From the IMG/VR virus record IMGVR_UViG_3300010234_000033, positions 1-35,316 of that record: a stretch of 35,316 nt of DNA, one strand, 5' to 3'. This document shows positions 1-8,140 of this stretch, one piece after another (positions within the stretch are counted from its first letter, which is position 1; each line of letters starts with the position of its first letter). The translations under genes and the position numbers were made by a program. This DNA comes from a virus (taxonomy: Duplodnaviria > Caudoviricetes). The notes beneath the pieces were generated by a model. That model saw nothing but the letters and a program-made list of their open reading frames with translations, did no database searches and was not told the origin of the DNA.

Positions 1-55
1 TGATTTTGTACTATGGAGTAAGTGATGAGGTTTTTTGATTGTGTAAAATGTGAAA
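1..55. repeat. 55-bp terminal direct repeat (left copy); probable assembler k-mer overlap showing circularity
   Basis: Bases 1-55 (tgattttgtactatggagt...aaaatgtgaaa) are identical to 35262-35316. Confidence 0.95.
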
Positions 56-183
56 GTAAGAACGCATATAATTACCATAATTCTTATTCTAACATTTGCG
101 AGAGGTGCTACATAAAAGACTCGTTAAAATTACTTGGTCTTAACATGGTTATTATAAGCTTAATGTATTTAATTTTAAAATAA
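25..183 (+). CDS. 52-aa CxxC/CxxC zinc-finger peptide with hydrophobic C-terminus (not in ORF track)
   Basis: Hand translation MRFFDCVKCESK...ICERCYIK...LLGLNMVIISLMYLILK; GGAG RBS upstream. Confidence 0.6.
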   Translation: MRFFDCVKCESKNAYNYHNSYSNICERCYIKDSLKLLGLNMVIISLMYLILK

Positions 184-210
184 AATAACTCGAATTATAT
201 AAAGGATGAA

Positions 211-387
211 ATGGAAGAAAGTAAAAAAGTAAGAACTGAGTTTGTATTGGTTAGTCATTTTAATGATACCACCTCAGATGATTTGAATATTTGCCAGAGT
301 TACGATGAGGCGGTCGAATATCTCAATAAAACCGACTACAAGGCTGACTGGTTTAGCATTGAGAAGAGATTTATTAAAATAAATTAA
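211..387 (+). CDS. 58-aa hypothetical protein (not in ORF track)
   Basis: Open frame MEESKKVRTEF...EKRFIKIN; AAGGA RBS. Confidence 0.6.
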   Translation: MEESKKVRTEFVLVSHFNDTTSDDLNICQSYDEAVEYLNKTDYKADWFSIEKRFIKIN

Positions 388-410
388 TTCATATTATTTA
401 GGAGAAGCAA

Positions 411-647
411 ATGGATAGCTGGAGCGAATTTACGAGGTCTGGGAAAGGTCGATCTGCAAAGAGTATTGCGGTTAACTTGATAGATCGCAGATACATAAAG
501 GTTAGCGATCCTAAATTTGGCAATGATTCGGTTGTTATTATGAGAGAATCAGATTTAAAGGAAATGGAAAAGCATTTACAGGCTTATAAGATAGCCTTTG
601 AAACTACAAAAGATTTACATACTAGCTTAATAGAATTTAGGCAGTAA
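411..647 (+). CDS. hypothetical protein
   Basis: 78-aa ORF with AGGAG RBS in the early + strand array. Confidence 0.7.
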   Translation: MDSWSEFTRSGKGRSAKSIAVNLIDRRYIKVSDPKFGNDSVVIMRESDLKEMEKHLQAYKIAFETTKDLHTSLIEFRQ

Positions 648-717
648 TCAATCTAATTTAGAATGTAATTTTTACACTGCCTTTAATGCAAAATATTGCG
701 CATGGTATAACGAATAT

Positions 718-1323
718 ATGGAATACAAAAACAAACCTACATTAAGACAATATAACTCAGCTATTAACAAGGCTAAAAAATTCGTTAAGATGCGAAACGA
801 ATTAAGATATGAAATAGCTAAGTTAAGCTTTGAGGTATGTTATTCAACTTTAGGCGGTCAAATACCTAGAGGCTGTTATGGTGTCCAAAGGTTTGCAGAC
901 GATATAGGGCTTGGTTATAAAGTTCTCCAGCGTTGGCGTAGAGAGTATGACTTAGTAGTTTCAAAGATAGGTGTTGCTAATGTTAACGACATTAAGCGCA
1001 AGGCTTTAGACTCTACTCTTAAAGCGGTTGATAAAAAGACATCACAAAAAGAAGTTAGAAATATTTATAACCAATACTTAAATAAAGAGAGAAACCCCGA
1101 AGATGCCTACGTTTTAGATATCGCTAAAAGAATTAAGAGTTTTAATTTTGGCATTTCTCATAAATTAATTTTAAGTAAATGCGATCAAGAGCAATTGGCC
1201 ATAATTCACAGTGTAGCAAAAGAGATAGTTAAGACTTTAGATAACCATTTTAAAGGTAAAAAGAAGAAAGTAATAGTTAATCGAAAGGCAGTAAAAAGAG
1301 TGCAACAAATTTTAAACAATTAA
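718..1323 (+). CDS. basic putative DNA-binding protein with HTH-like segment
   Basis: GVQRFADDIGLGYKVLQRWRREY resembles a helix-turn-helix; very Lys/Arg rich. Confidence 0.5.
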   Translation: MEYKNKPTLRQYNSAINKAKKFVKMRNELRYEIAKLSFEVCYSTLGGQIPRGCYGVQRFADDIGLGYKVLQRWRREYDLVVSKIGVANVNDIKRKALDSTLKAVDKKTSQKEVRNIYNQYLNKERNPEDAYVLDIAKRIKSFNFGISHKLILSKCDQEQLAIIHSVAKEIVKTLDNHFKGKKKKVIVNRKAVKRVQQILNN

Positions 1324-1333
1324 TTGAGGCGAT

Positions 1334-1540
1334 ATGATTAAAAAACTAAAACAACTAAGGCACCATAAATCAGTATTGAAAACTGAGTGGTACATTAAAA
1401 ACATTGGATTACTTAAAGAGACTTTAGAAATGTTTCAAGAGTTCTACAATACTTCTGGAAAGGCATTTAGAAAACCTGAGAGTGAGCTAGAAAGATCATT
1501 GTGTAGAAATATGCGTGAGCTTGGATTGGAGATTAACTAA
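1334..1540 (+). CDS. hypothetical protein
   Basis: GAGG RBS; stop overlaps the next start. Confidence 0.65.
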   Translation: MIKKLKQLRHHKSVLKTEWYIKNIGLLKETLEMFQEFYNTSGKAFRKPESELERSLCRNMRELGLEIN

Positions 1541-1758
1541 TGGATTTACAAAAGCTTGAAACAGGAAATGTTCTTCAAGACAAGATAAAAAACTGGGCAT
1601 CAGTAATTAAAAACTTTAAGGACGTTATGGATATAGAGAATAATAACGTGGTTAATTTAGTTATTCACCGAGTAGACTTGTTGGAGGTACACAAAGAAAT
1701 AGAGAGTATTTTAATTGATAAACTAAACTATTACGTAGAAAGATTTAATAAACTATGA
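1540..1758 (+). CDS. hypothetical protein
   Basis: TAATG coupling to the upstream ORF; GGAG upstream. Confidence 0.65.
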   Translation: MDLQKLETGNVLQDKIKNWASVIKNFKDVMDIENNNVVNLVIHRVDLLEVHKEIESILIDKLNYYVERFNKL

Positions 1759-1830
1759 ACTTTGTAGGTATGTATGGATAAAACAAAAGAAAAATTAAAA
1801 CAAGCTAGATAAAACAGGGGAGGTACGTAA

Positions 1831-2016
1831 GTGATTTGTATTTTAGTTTCTTGGATATATTGTATCTGCCCTATTCACAATGGGTGGCACGTAGCACGTA
1901 GAACAGTTATAGCAGGCGAAGTGATACAACCGAGTAAATATTTTCATATTTGTGCAAAAAGTAATAAGTTAATAGATAAGAAGATTGAGCTTTTAGAGGC
2001 AGAGATTAGAATATAA
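1831..2016 (+). CDS. hypothetical protein
   Basis: GTG start preceded by a strong GGAGGT RBS. Confidence 0.6.
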   Translation: MICILVSWIYCICPIHNGWHVARRTVIAGEVIQPSKYFHICAKSNKLIDKKIELLEAEIRI

Positions 2017-2044
2017 AACTGAGTAGGTATATAAGGAGGGCTAA

Positions 2045-2248
2045 ATGGACTTATTGGAAGAATTAAAAGAGTTAAGAATTACTTATAAGAAGTTACGTGA
2101 ATGCATCATCGAGGTGAGCAAGCAAGAAACACCGTATAAAATACATGAACACAGAGATGCACTAGAAGATAGAATGCATAACTTGATAATTAAAGCTAGA
2201 AGATGTTTAGCCGAAACAGATGATATTCCAGAGGCAACCAATGAGTGA
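2045..2248 (+). CDS. hypothetical helical protein
   Basis: AAGGAGG RBS. Confidence 0.7.
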   Translation: MDLLEELKELRITYKKLRECIIEVSKQETPYKIHEHRDALEDRMHNLIIKARRCLAETDDIPEATNE

Positions 2249-2429
2249 TATAAAAGAATGTGCAGCAAGAAAACCTTATTATGAATACATACAAAAAGCT
2301 GAAAGTGTTATTCAATTTTTAGAATACCTTGGAGGCACTGGCCCATTTAACCCATACAAAGAGACTATAATAAGGCTTCAAGGATATGTATCTGGAGCCA
2401 AGATGGTAGAGCGTGAAAACGATTTATAA
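2241..2429 (+). CDS. hypothetical protein (start revised to MSDIKEC)
   Basis: GAGG upstream of the ATG at 2241, which overlaps the end of the previous gene. Confidence 0.6.
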   Translation: MSDIKECAARKPYYEYIQKAESVIQFLEYLGGTGPFNPYKETIIRLQGYVSGAKMVERENDL

Positions 2430-2447
2430 TAAAATGGAGTAAAATAT

Positions 2448-2636
2448 ATGGATAAAATATTTACACAATTGCTTTACGCTCCAATAGCGATGCCGCAGCC
2501 GGAGTATATAATTTCAAATGTGCCTCTTGAAAAATTTACCAATAGTGAGCTTGATGAGTTGAGAAAAATATCAGAAAAAAGTTATCAAGTGGGTTTAGAA
2601 ATTAACGATATCATAGAAAAATTAAAATTAAAATGA
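2448..2636 (+). CDS. hypothetical protein
   Basis: GGAG RBS. Confidence 0.65.
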   Translation: MDKIFTQLLYAPIAMPQPEYIISNVPLEKFTNSELDELRKISEKSYQVGLEINDIIEKLKLK

Positions 2637-2646
2637 GGTAGATTAA

Positions 2647-2820
2647 ATGAAAAACTTAATGATTTTACTATACGCAGAGTTAGCAAGTGCTTTTTCATGG
2701 GGGTATGGTCACTATTTGGCAGATAGTAGTTTTTTTAAATGGCTATGTGTTGTTATGGCTTTTATTTTTGCGGGCGCTTTTCTTGTGGCGTATATGGAAG
2801 AAACAAAATGGGAAAAATAG
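2647..2820 (+). CDS. 57-aa small membrane protein (not in ORF track)
   Basis: MKNLMILLYAELASAFSWG...WLCVVMAFIFAGAFLVAYM; GAGGT RBS; fills the gap between neighbours. Confidence 0.65.
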   Translation: MKNLMILLYAELASAFSWGYGHYLADSSFFKWLCVVMAFIFAGAFLVAYMEETKWEK

Positions 2821-2835
2821 AATGAGGCAAATTAT

Positions 2836-3075
2836 ATGCTTAAAGAGATAAGAGAGAATCTTAACGAGTTAAATAAAAGATATATCCAGTGTGATGTTAT
2901 TTTTATGAATGAATTACACTTAAGGCGTTTAGTTGACGAGCGTATGACTGGATTAAAGCCACAGGAAACGTGGCAAGATTTAATAGGCGCTCGAATGTTT
3001 GGAATATTGATAGCCTTTAACCCATATACTGAGAAAATTGAATATGGTTACAATTTAAAAAAAGAAATATTTTGA
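2836..3075 (+). CDS. hypothetical protein
   Basis: GAGG RBS; 79 aa. Confidence 0.65.
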   Translation: MLKEIRENLNELNKRYIQCDVIFMNELHLRRLVDERMTGLKPQETWQDLIGARMFGILIAFNPYTEKIEYGYNLKKEIF

Positions 3076-3081
3076 GCGAGT

Positions 3082-3282
3082 ATGAGTAGCGACAAGGTAT
3101 TAATATTAACAGAAAAGCTAATAGAACTTTTTAAGCAAAATGGTTTAATTAAAGAAATAGATGGGGAGCTTAGGTCGGTCGATGCTGCAAGTTATGGCGC
3201 CAAGGTATTGGTAAGTAAACCTATGAATATCTCAAATGGCGCTGTATGGGATGAGAAGCTACAAAAGTTTGTAACTAGATAA
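3082..3282 (+). CDS. hypothetical protein
   Basis: Tight packing in the early array. Confidence 0.6.
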   Translation: MSSDKVLILTEKLIELFKQNGLIKEIDGELRSVDAASYGAKVLVSKPMNISNGAVWDEKLQKFVTR

Positions 3283-3287
3283 AAGAG

Positions 3288-3512
3288 ATGAGTATGGATA
3301 CTAAATTAAATCGGTCGAAAAATGATGTGTTACCACCAGTTAAAGATATGCCCACATATTACACTGTAGAAGAAATAGATAAGCTCGAAACCGAAAACAA
3401 AAAGCTGCGTGAGTGTCTCGGGACTTTTGTCCATATACCCTTAGATGCTACCAGTGCGCCTGAAACATGGTTTAGTGAAAGGGCTAGAAAATGCCTAAAG
3501 TCTATAAAATAA
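3288..3512 (+). CDS. hypothetical coiled-coil protein
   Basis: IDKLETENKKLRECL heptad pattern. Confidence 0.6.
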   Translation: MSMDTKLNRSKNDVLPPVKDMPTYYTVEEIDKLETENKKLRECLGTFVHIPLDATSAPETWFSERARKCLKSIK

Positions 3513-3751
3513 GTGAAACAATTATGGAAATAGAAGTTATACCACCAAAAAAATGCGGAAAATGTGATTCACCAAGGGTCTACACCTCACGGTTTGCACC
3601 GGTAAAAGGCTTTATATGCGAAGAGTGTAAACATTTCACTTCTAGCGAAGGTGATATCTATTTTATCCCCTACACGTTTAGCGGGCACCACTGCGTTATA
3701 AAACATAATGACCTTAAAAGAATGTTAAAACATAAAGTAGATTCTAATTAG
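3491..3751 (+). CDS. zinc-ribbon protein
   Basis: CGKC...CEEC pairs; last gene of the + arc. The true start may be at MEIEVIPP. Confidence 0.6.
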   Translation: MPKVYKISETIMEIEVIPPKKCGKCDSPRVYTSRFAPVKGFICEECKHFTSSEGDIYFIPYTFSGHHCVIKHNDLKRMLKHKVDSN

Positions 3752-4307
3752 GCAAATTCTCAAGTTCTCTTTTCCCCAAAACTATCGCCTCATCTAAATT
3801 CCCTTTCGATCTAACAATATCCTTGAAAAATATCGGATAGAAAAACTCGTAGGTTATTCCGTAACTTTCCTCATTAAAACTAAAAACCCCATTGCAATAT
3901 TTCTTTAACGCCTTAAATGTCGCGTCCTCACCAATTGACTCTATAAACTTAGCTTTTTGACCTTTGGACCATTCAAGCATTTCGTTAGATTGCTCTATTA
4001 ACTTTTTACTTTCGGTTTCCTCTCTTGTTTCCCTCGGAGTGGTTTTCCTGAGAATAGTTAAAAACTCAGATAATGAGGGCATCCGGTCGCAGGTTAAAAC
4101 TGTTTGGTCTACGGCCTTTTTAATTTCTCCGAGTGTTACGTCAGCGTCTAAAAGCCTTTTTGACCATATCTCGGCAGTGACCTCTAGTTTTCTACCGTAC
4201 GTTAAAAACAATTTTAAGCACTCTTCTTTGAACTTACTTGCTAAGTGCATTGAAACACCAGGATAAGAGGGTCTCAGATTGGTTAAATCACCTTGCATTA
4301 GTGACAT
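3744..4307 (-). CDS. putative replicative helicase loader/inhibitor (SPP1 G39P-like N-terminal domain)
   Basis: W..RLLD....EIKKAV......DRMPSLSEF pattern resembles G39P-family proteins; GGGAGG RBS; overlaps the end of ibrA. Confidence 0.5.
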   Translation of the reverse strand: MSLMQGDLTNLRPSYPGVSMHLASKFKEECLKLFLTYGRKLEVTAEIWSKRLLDADVTLGEIKKAVDQTVLTCDRMPSLSEFLTILRKTTPRETREETESKKLIEQSNEMLEWSKGQKAKFIESIGEDATFKALKKYCNGVFSFNEESYGITYEFFYPIFFKDIVRSKGNLDEAIVLGKRELENLPN

Positions 4308-5512
4308 ACTAAAGCCTCCCTCTCTTTTTGTTTTTTCTTAATCATTTTATATTTTCCATACGCCTCTGATTTTGGTTGCGTGAAACCTAAGCCCTTACAC
4401 CAATAATCATTTCTAAGAATACTTCTGGCCATGCGTCTCCAGCTTGGTGCCCAACATTTAGTTTCAAGTTCTAATGGTGCTTCATCTGGTATAGCTTTAT
4501 AGCCTCTTCTTTTCCAGCCTATTATAAATTTTTTAAAGTTTTTTAAGTAATGATCCCTGGTTTTATCTGGCAACGTAGAGATTAAAACATTAACGTAACT
4601 TTTCCACGTATGCCCCTCGGGCTTAATTACTTTATGGGCACCGTTTATATTCCCTTTTTCTCTACTGTAAAGAGATCCGCTATTAACACCGTTAACCCTT
4701 GCAATAAGACGCGGCCATGTCTCAGGTTCTATTATGTGATATAACCATAAACCTTTTTTCTGGTCGTCTCCATAAGGTTGACACAGCCTCTGTTGACTTG
4801 GCTTAACACCGGCCATCTGCATTTTGTCGTATATTCTATTATGTGGGAGATGCGAGTTTTTGCCTTGATATATCCAAACATCTTCTGTTTTCCAATCATA
4901 TATAGGATAGATATTATAGCTAGAATCAGTCACTTTTGTGGTCCAGCGTCTATCGTTAAACATTCTCCCTTCTTTATTCCACGTAGCAATAGCACAATAC
5001 CGATGCAAGCTCTCGTCTGCCCTAATGCCTACAAAAACCGCCGTGACATTATCACCACCGTACCAGTCCCCAAATAAAACCATTAACTCTTCAAATTCCA
5101 TTTTAGGGATGTAGAAATCATACTGTGATAAATCACTAGCTAACTCGGGTTTTTCTCTAACCCAGAAGTCTTTTTTTGTCTCGTCCCAACACGTCCACCT
5201 AGGTTCAAAATTGGTTACAGCGTTCCTTAATAGCAATTCACCACAAAACCAATGCAGATCAATATTCTCTTTATATAGCTCAATCATGCTTTCAATATGG
5301 TTTATTGTTTCAGTATATTGAGCCTCAAGATCAATTATTAACACGCCTATTTTTCTATTTCTTTTTATTGCCTCCTCCATTAATAAGTGGAGCATAACAG
5401 TACTATCTTTACCGCCCGAAAAACTGCAATAAATACTCTCGAAATTATCAAAAACTTCTTTAATTCTCTTTTTACTAGCCTCTAACACGTTTTCATTTAA
5501 ATAAAACTTCAT
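4298..5512 (-). CDS. ibrA: IbrA/YbdN-family protein: PAPS-reductase-like PP-loop domain plus DUF3440-type C-terminus
   Basis: SFSGGKDS PP-loop, GIRADESLHR, YPIYDWKTEDVW, RLCQPYGDDQ and PSWRRMARSILRNDYWCKGLGF are typical of IbrA/YbdN. Confidence 0.9.
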   Translation of the reverse strand: MKFYLNENVLEASKKRIKEVFDNFESIYCSFSGGKDSTVMLHLLMEEAIKRNRKIGVLIIDLEAQYTETINHIESMIELYKENIDLHWFCGELLLRNAVTNFEPRWTCWDETKKDFWVREKPELASDLSQYDFYIPKMEFEELMVLFGDWYGGDNVTAVFVGIRADESLHRYCAIATWNKEGRMFNDRRWTTKVTDSSYNIYPIYDWKTEDVWIYQGKNSHLPHNRIYDKMQMAGVKPSQQRLCQPYGDDQKKGLWLYHIIEPETWPRLIARVNGVNSGSLYSREKGNINGAHKVIKPEGHTWKSYVNVLISTLPDKTRDHYLKNFKKFIIGWKRRGYKAIPDEAPLELETKCWAPSWRRMARSILRNDYWCKGLGFTQPKSEAYGKYKMIKKKQKEREALVCH

Positions 5513-5522
5513 AACAACACCT

Positions 5523-6692
5523 TTAATAAAGTACCGAGGTTCTGCCTTTTGCCATGGCCGTATCCATGTCTACCTCTTCTAGTCCTCTCGATTTTAGATA
5601 TAAGTTTAAATACTTTAATGCAAGTTCATTTGCTTTTATCTGTTCACTTTCAGTTAATAAATTATAACCACTGCAAAATTTAGAAGGTATCAGTGAGTCT
5701 CTTGCAACACTGGCTTGGCCCAGCCATGCAATTCTATTCATTGATGGGTTAGTTAAGTAATGTTCACAACTCTTCTCCCATTCGCTAATTACTATATTTA
5801 AGTTATGCTCAAAAAGATTTAAGTCTTGAAAAAACTCTTTATAGGCCGCTTCACACTCACTTTTACTCATACCCTCTTTAGTGGTCCCATAAAAGTTATA
5901 TTTATAGCACTCCCATTTGTCATAGGTATGAAAAACTCTATTTGGATCACTCGTATTCATAGTCGTTGTTTTCTCGTCGCCATCATTAACCAGTTCATCG
6001 TCTATTAAATAGTCTTTTGTTTCAAACTTCATACCGTCAGGACTGCTTTTAGCTATATCCCATGCCTTGTTAAAATCATCGTCTGAAAATAGATTGGCCA
6101 AGCCTGTTATCTGGCATAATCTCAATATCTCATCCTCGTCCATACCTAATTGTTTAGCTATCCTTTGGTTGGTCCAATTTCTGTTTTTTAACTCCAGTAC
6201 AATTTCAGACATAACATCAACGCTGTGTTTTCCCCTGGCCCTATTATGTCTAATCGTGGAGGCCATACGGTTACTTTTTTCACTCTTGTCTTTATTGATA
6301 ATCGTTACGGGTAGGTAGCCATTAATCCTTTTAGTTATTTGAGGGCATTCTTTCCCAACTCTATTTCTATGGAAGCCGTCAACTATTTCATATTTCTCTT
6401 TTTTCTTCCATGTAACAATTGGCTGTGTGTAGCCATCCTCCTCTATAGAGGTTTCAAGTAGTAACATTTCTGGAGGTGCCACACTGTTAGGGTTGTAATC
6501 ATTGGCGTGGACCGTGTCCCCTTTAACCCATAAAACGCAGTTAACAGGTTCATGATTCATGGGGCTTTTTGAATGCATCTGCTCTTTTACTGTATTTTCT
6601 ATTAAAATATAGTCCTCTGGGTCCTTTATTTCGTGCAATAGGTTAAAAAACTGCTGCATACATTGCTGAAACTCAACATTTTCAAAATGCAT
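5523..6692 (-). CDS. ibrB: IbrB/YbdM-family ParB/Srx-domain protein with an extra ~140-aa C-terminal domain
   Basis: ANDYNPNSVAPPEM, DGYTQPIV, IVDGFHR, STIRHNRARGKH and LGMDEDEILRL are IbrB motifs; AGGAG RBS. Confidence 0.88.
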   Translation of the reverse strand: MHFENVEFQQCMQQFFNLLHEIKDPEDYILIENTVKEQMHSKSPMNHEPVNCVLWVKGDTVHANDYNPNSVAPPEMLLLETSIEEDGYTQPIVTWKKKEKYEIVDGFHRNRVGKECPQITKRINGYLPVTIINKDKSEKSNRMASTIRHNRARGKHSVDVMSEIVLELKNRNWTNQRIAKQLGMDEDEILRLCQITGLANLFSDDDFNKAWDIAKSSPDGMKFETKDYLIDDELVNDGDEKTTTMNTSDPNRVFHTYDKWECYKYNFYGTTKEGMSKSECEAAYKEFFQDLNLFEHNLNIVISEWEKSCEHYLTNPSMNRIAWLGQASVARDSLIPSKFCSGYNLLTESEQIKANELALKYLNLYLKSRGLEEVDMDTAMAKGRTSVLY

Positions 6693-6806
6693 AAAAACTC
6701 CTTAATTTGATTGATATTACCGCCAAGTAATGATATTTATAGTTCGGTGCATACTATCATAATTTTATAATTATGCAAGTTCTCAGCACAGCCTAACACC
6801 GCCTTT

Positions 6807-6836
6807 AAACCCCTCACCTAGAGGGGTTTTTTGTTT
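6807..6836 (+). terminator. intrinsic terminator, possibly bidirectional
   Basis: AAACCCCTC-accta-GAGGGGTTT hairpin followed by a T-tract. Confidence 0.75.
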
Positions 6837-6863
6837 GACACTGTAATTTTTTTAAAATACCGT
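6835..6863 (+). promoter_or_regulatory. sigma70-type promoter for the 6897 gene
   Basis: TTGACA, 17-nt spacer, TACCGT. Confidence 0.5.
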
Positions 6864-6896
6864 TTTCCAAGGCGAAAAAATAACTAAAGGAAATTC

Positions 6897-7190
6897 ATGA
6901 CTAAACAAGCTAAAAAGCATTTGGCTTTTAATGATAAAAAGGCATTTTGCGGGCGCTATTTAAGCGGTTTAATTTACGTTTTAGAGTTAAAAGAGACTAC
7001 TTGTGCGGATTGCTTAAAGTATAAGGACATTTTACCATTTGAGGCGACTAGAGAGATTAGAATGCAGAAAAAACGTAATTGCTTAAGATGTGACAAGGCT
7101 TTTATCCCACGAAACAAATATAACTTTTTATGTAGCTGTGTTGGCAAGGTCGATCTGTTTGACGTTGACGAGTACGGGATATTTGCTTAA
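6897..7190 (+). CDS. Cys-rich zinc-finger protein lying antisense to its neighbours
   Basis: H...CG, CADC, CLRC, CSC motifs; AAGGA RBS. Confidence 0.7.
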   Translation: MTKQAKKHLAFNDKKAFCGRYLSGLIYVLELKETTCADCLKYKDILPFEATREIRMQKKRNCLRCDKAFIPRNKYNFLCSCVGKVDLFDVDEYGIFA

Positions 7191-7501
7191 GGGAAAACGT
7201 ATTTATAAGGAACCAGAATGTATTCAGGGGCGAAGTATTTCCACTCATCCGATAGGTTAAATTCGACCTCTGTACAGTCTCTTTTTTTACGCTTTTTTAT
7301 GCACTTTCGATGAAAAATTATGTTTTCTTTTTCAAATCTAAGTCTGTAAAAACGCTCATTTTTTGCTCGGATTGGTGACTTTCGAGATAAACGTTTCGAG
7401 GAGCAAGAGTTTACGCTCGCGCCAACTAATAAGGTCATCGAAGTCACTGTCAGCACGCGAAACCTCTTCTTTATACTTATCGACAAATTTAAAAAATTCA
7501 T
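7187..7501 (-). CDS. putative lipoprotein, o-spanin-like position
   Basis: KKRFR, then a hydrophobic stretch, then a VNSC lipobox-like site; overlaps the upstream gene in another frame at the end of the lysis cassette. Confidence 0.45.
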   Translation of the reverse strand: MNFLNLSISIKKRFRVLTVTSMTLLVGASVNSCSSKRLSRKSPIRAKNERFYRLRFEKENIIFHRKCIKKRKKRDCTEVEFNLSDEWKYFAPEYILVPYKYVFP

Positions 7502-7601
7502 TCAATGCCCTTTGTTCTTTTGTTGGAAATTGGTCAATAACCTTATTAAAGGCTAAAGCGCCCTGCTCGGCTATTTTAATTATTGCATTTACATCAACCA
7601 T
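7356..7601 (-). CDS. lysis-cassette helical protein (i-spanin position; transmembrane segment unconvincing)
   Basis: GGGTGG RBS before MVDVNAII; follows the holin-like gene. Confidence 0.45.
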   Translation of the reverse strand: MVDVNAIIKIAEQGALAFNKVIDQFPTKEQRALNEFFKFVDKYKEEVSRADSDFDDLISWRERKLLLLETFISKVTNPSKK

Positions 7602-7773
7602 TTTTACCACCCTTAAAGCTTAAAACACTATCCACAACACCTTGAGCGCTTAAATAAGCTATTGCAAGGCCTTGAACTAGTTCCAAAGCCTTTGAGTTAA
7701 TACCTATTAAGTCGCCTAGGAAAATTAAAAAGGCACCCACCAGGAGCGCCCTCAGCTTTTTACTTTTTAGCAC
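7594..7773 (-). CDS. putative two-TM holin (start revised to the GTG at 7773)
   Basis: MLKSKKLRALLVGAFLIFLG...LVQGLAIAYLSAQGVVD has a class II holin-like layout. Confidence 0.55.
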   Translation of the reverse strand: MLKSKKLRALLVGAFLIFLGDLIGINSKALELVQGLAIAYLSAQGVVDSVLSFKGGKNG

Positions 7774-8140
7774 TTGCAGCTTTTTTAGTTTTCTTAACAG
7801 GCTTAACCACTTCCGGTGCTTCGCTTGATAAAATACCACTAGCTCTTTTACTAAAGCTCTTGTTAACAAAAGCCTCTGCAACGTCAGCCGCTAATAGTCC
7901 GCTTGATCTAAGGGAGGCCGCTAACTCGTCTTTAAAGGCATCGTCTACTTGATCGAAAGTCGACACCGCTTTAGATAATGCGTTTAAAGATGTCATAATA
8001 ATCATAGGCACGTCCGCCCCTGGTTGCCACCCGTCTGCTAATGATTGCCTGATACCGTGTACGATATCCTTAACTGCAATTCTCACGTTTTTAACCGGTT
8101 CTGCTTCCAAAACCTTTGTTTCAACTAGATTAACTTTCAT
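7760..8140 (-). CDS. hypothetical protein with a Lys-rich tail, in the lysis cassette
   Basis: ATGA overlap with the endolysin gene; AGGAG RBS. Confidence 0.7.
   Translation of the reverse strand: MKVNLVETKVLEAEPVKNVRIAVKDIVHGIRQSLADGWQPGADVPMIIMTSLNALSKAVSTFDQVDDAFKDELAASLRSSGLLAADVAEAFVNKSFSKRASGILSSEAPEVVKPVKKTKKAASAKK

Noticed and set aside
5523-6692. ParB-like gene as a plasmid partition system
   Set aside because: Motifs are IbrB-type, the partner is a PP-loop protein rather than a ParA ATPase, and no parS array was seen.
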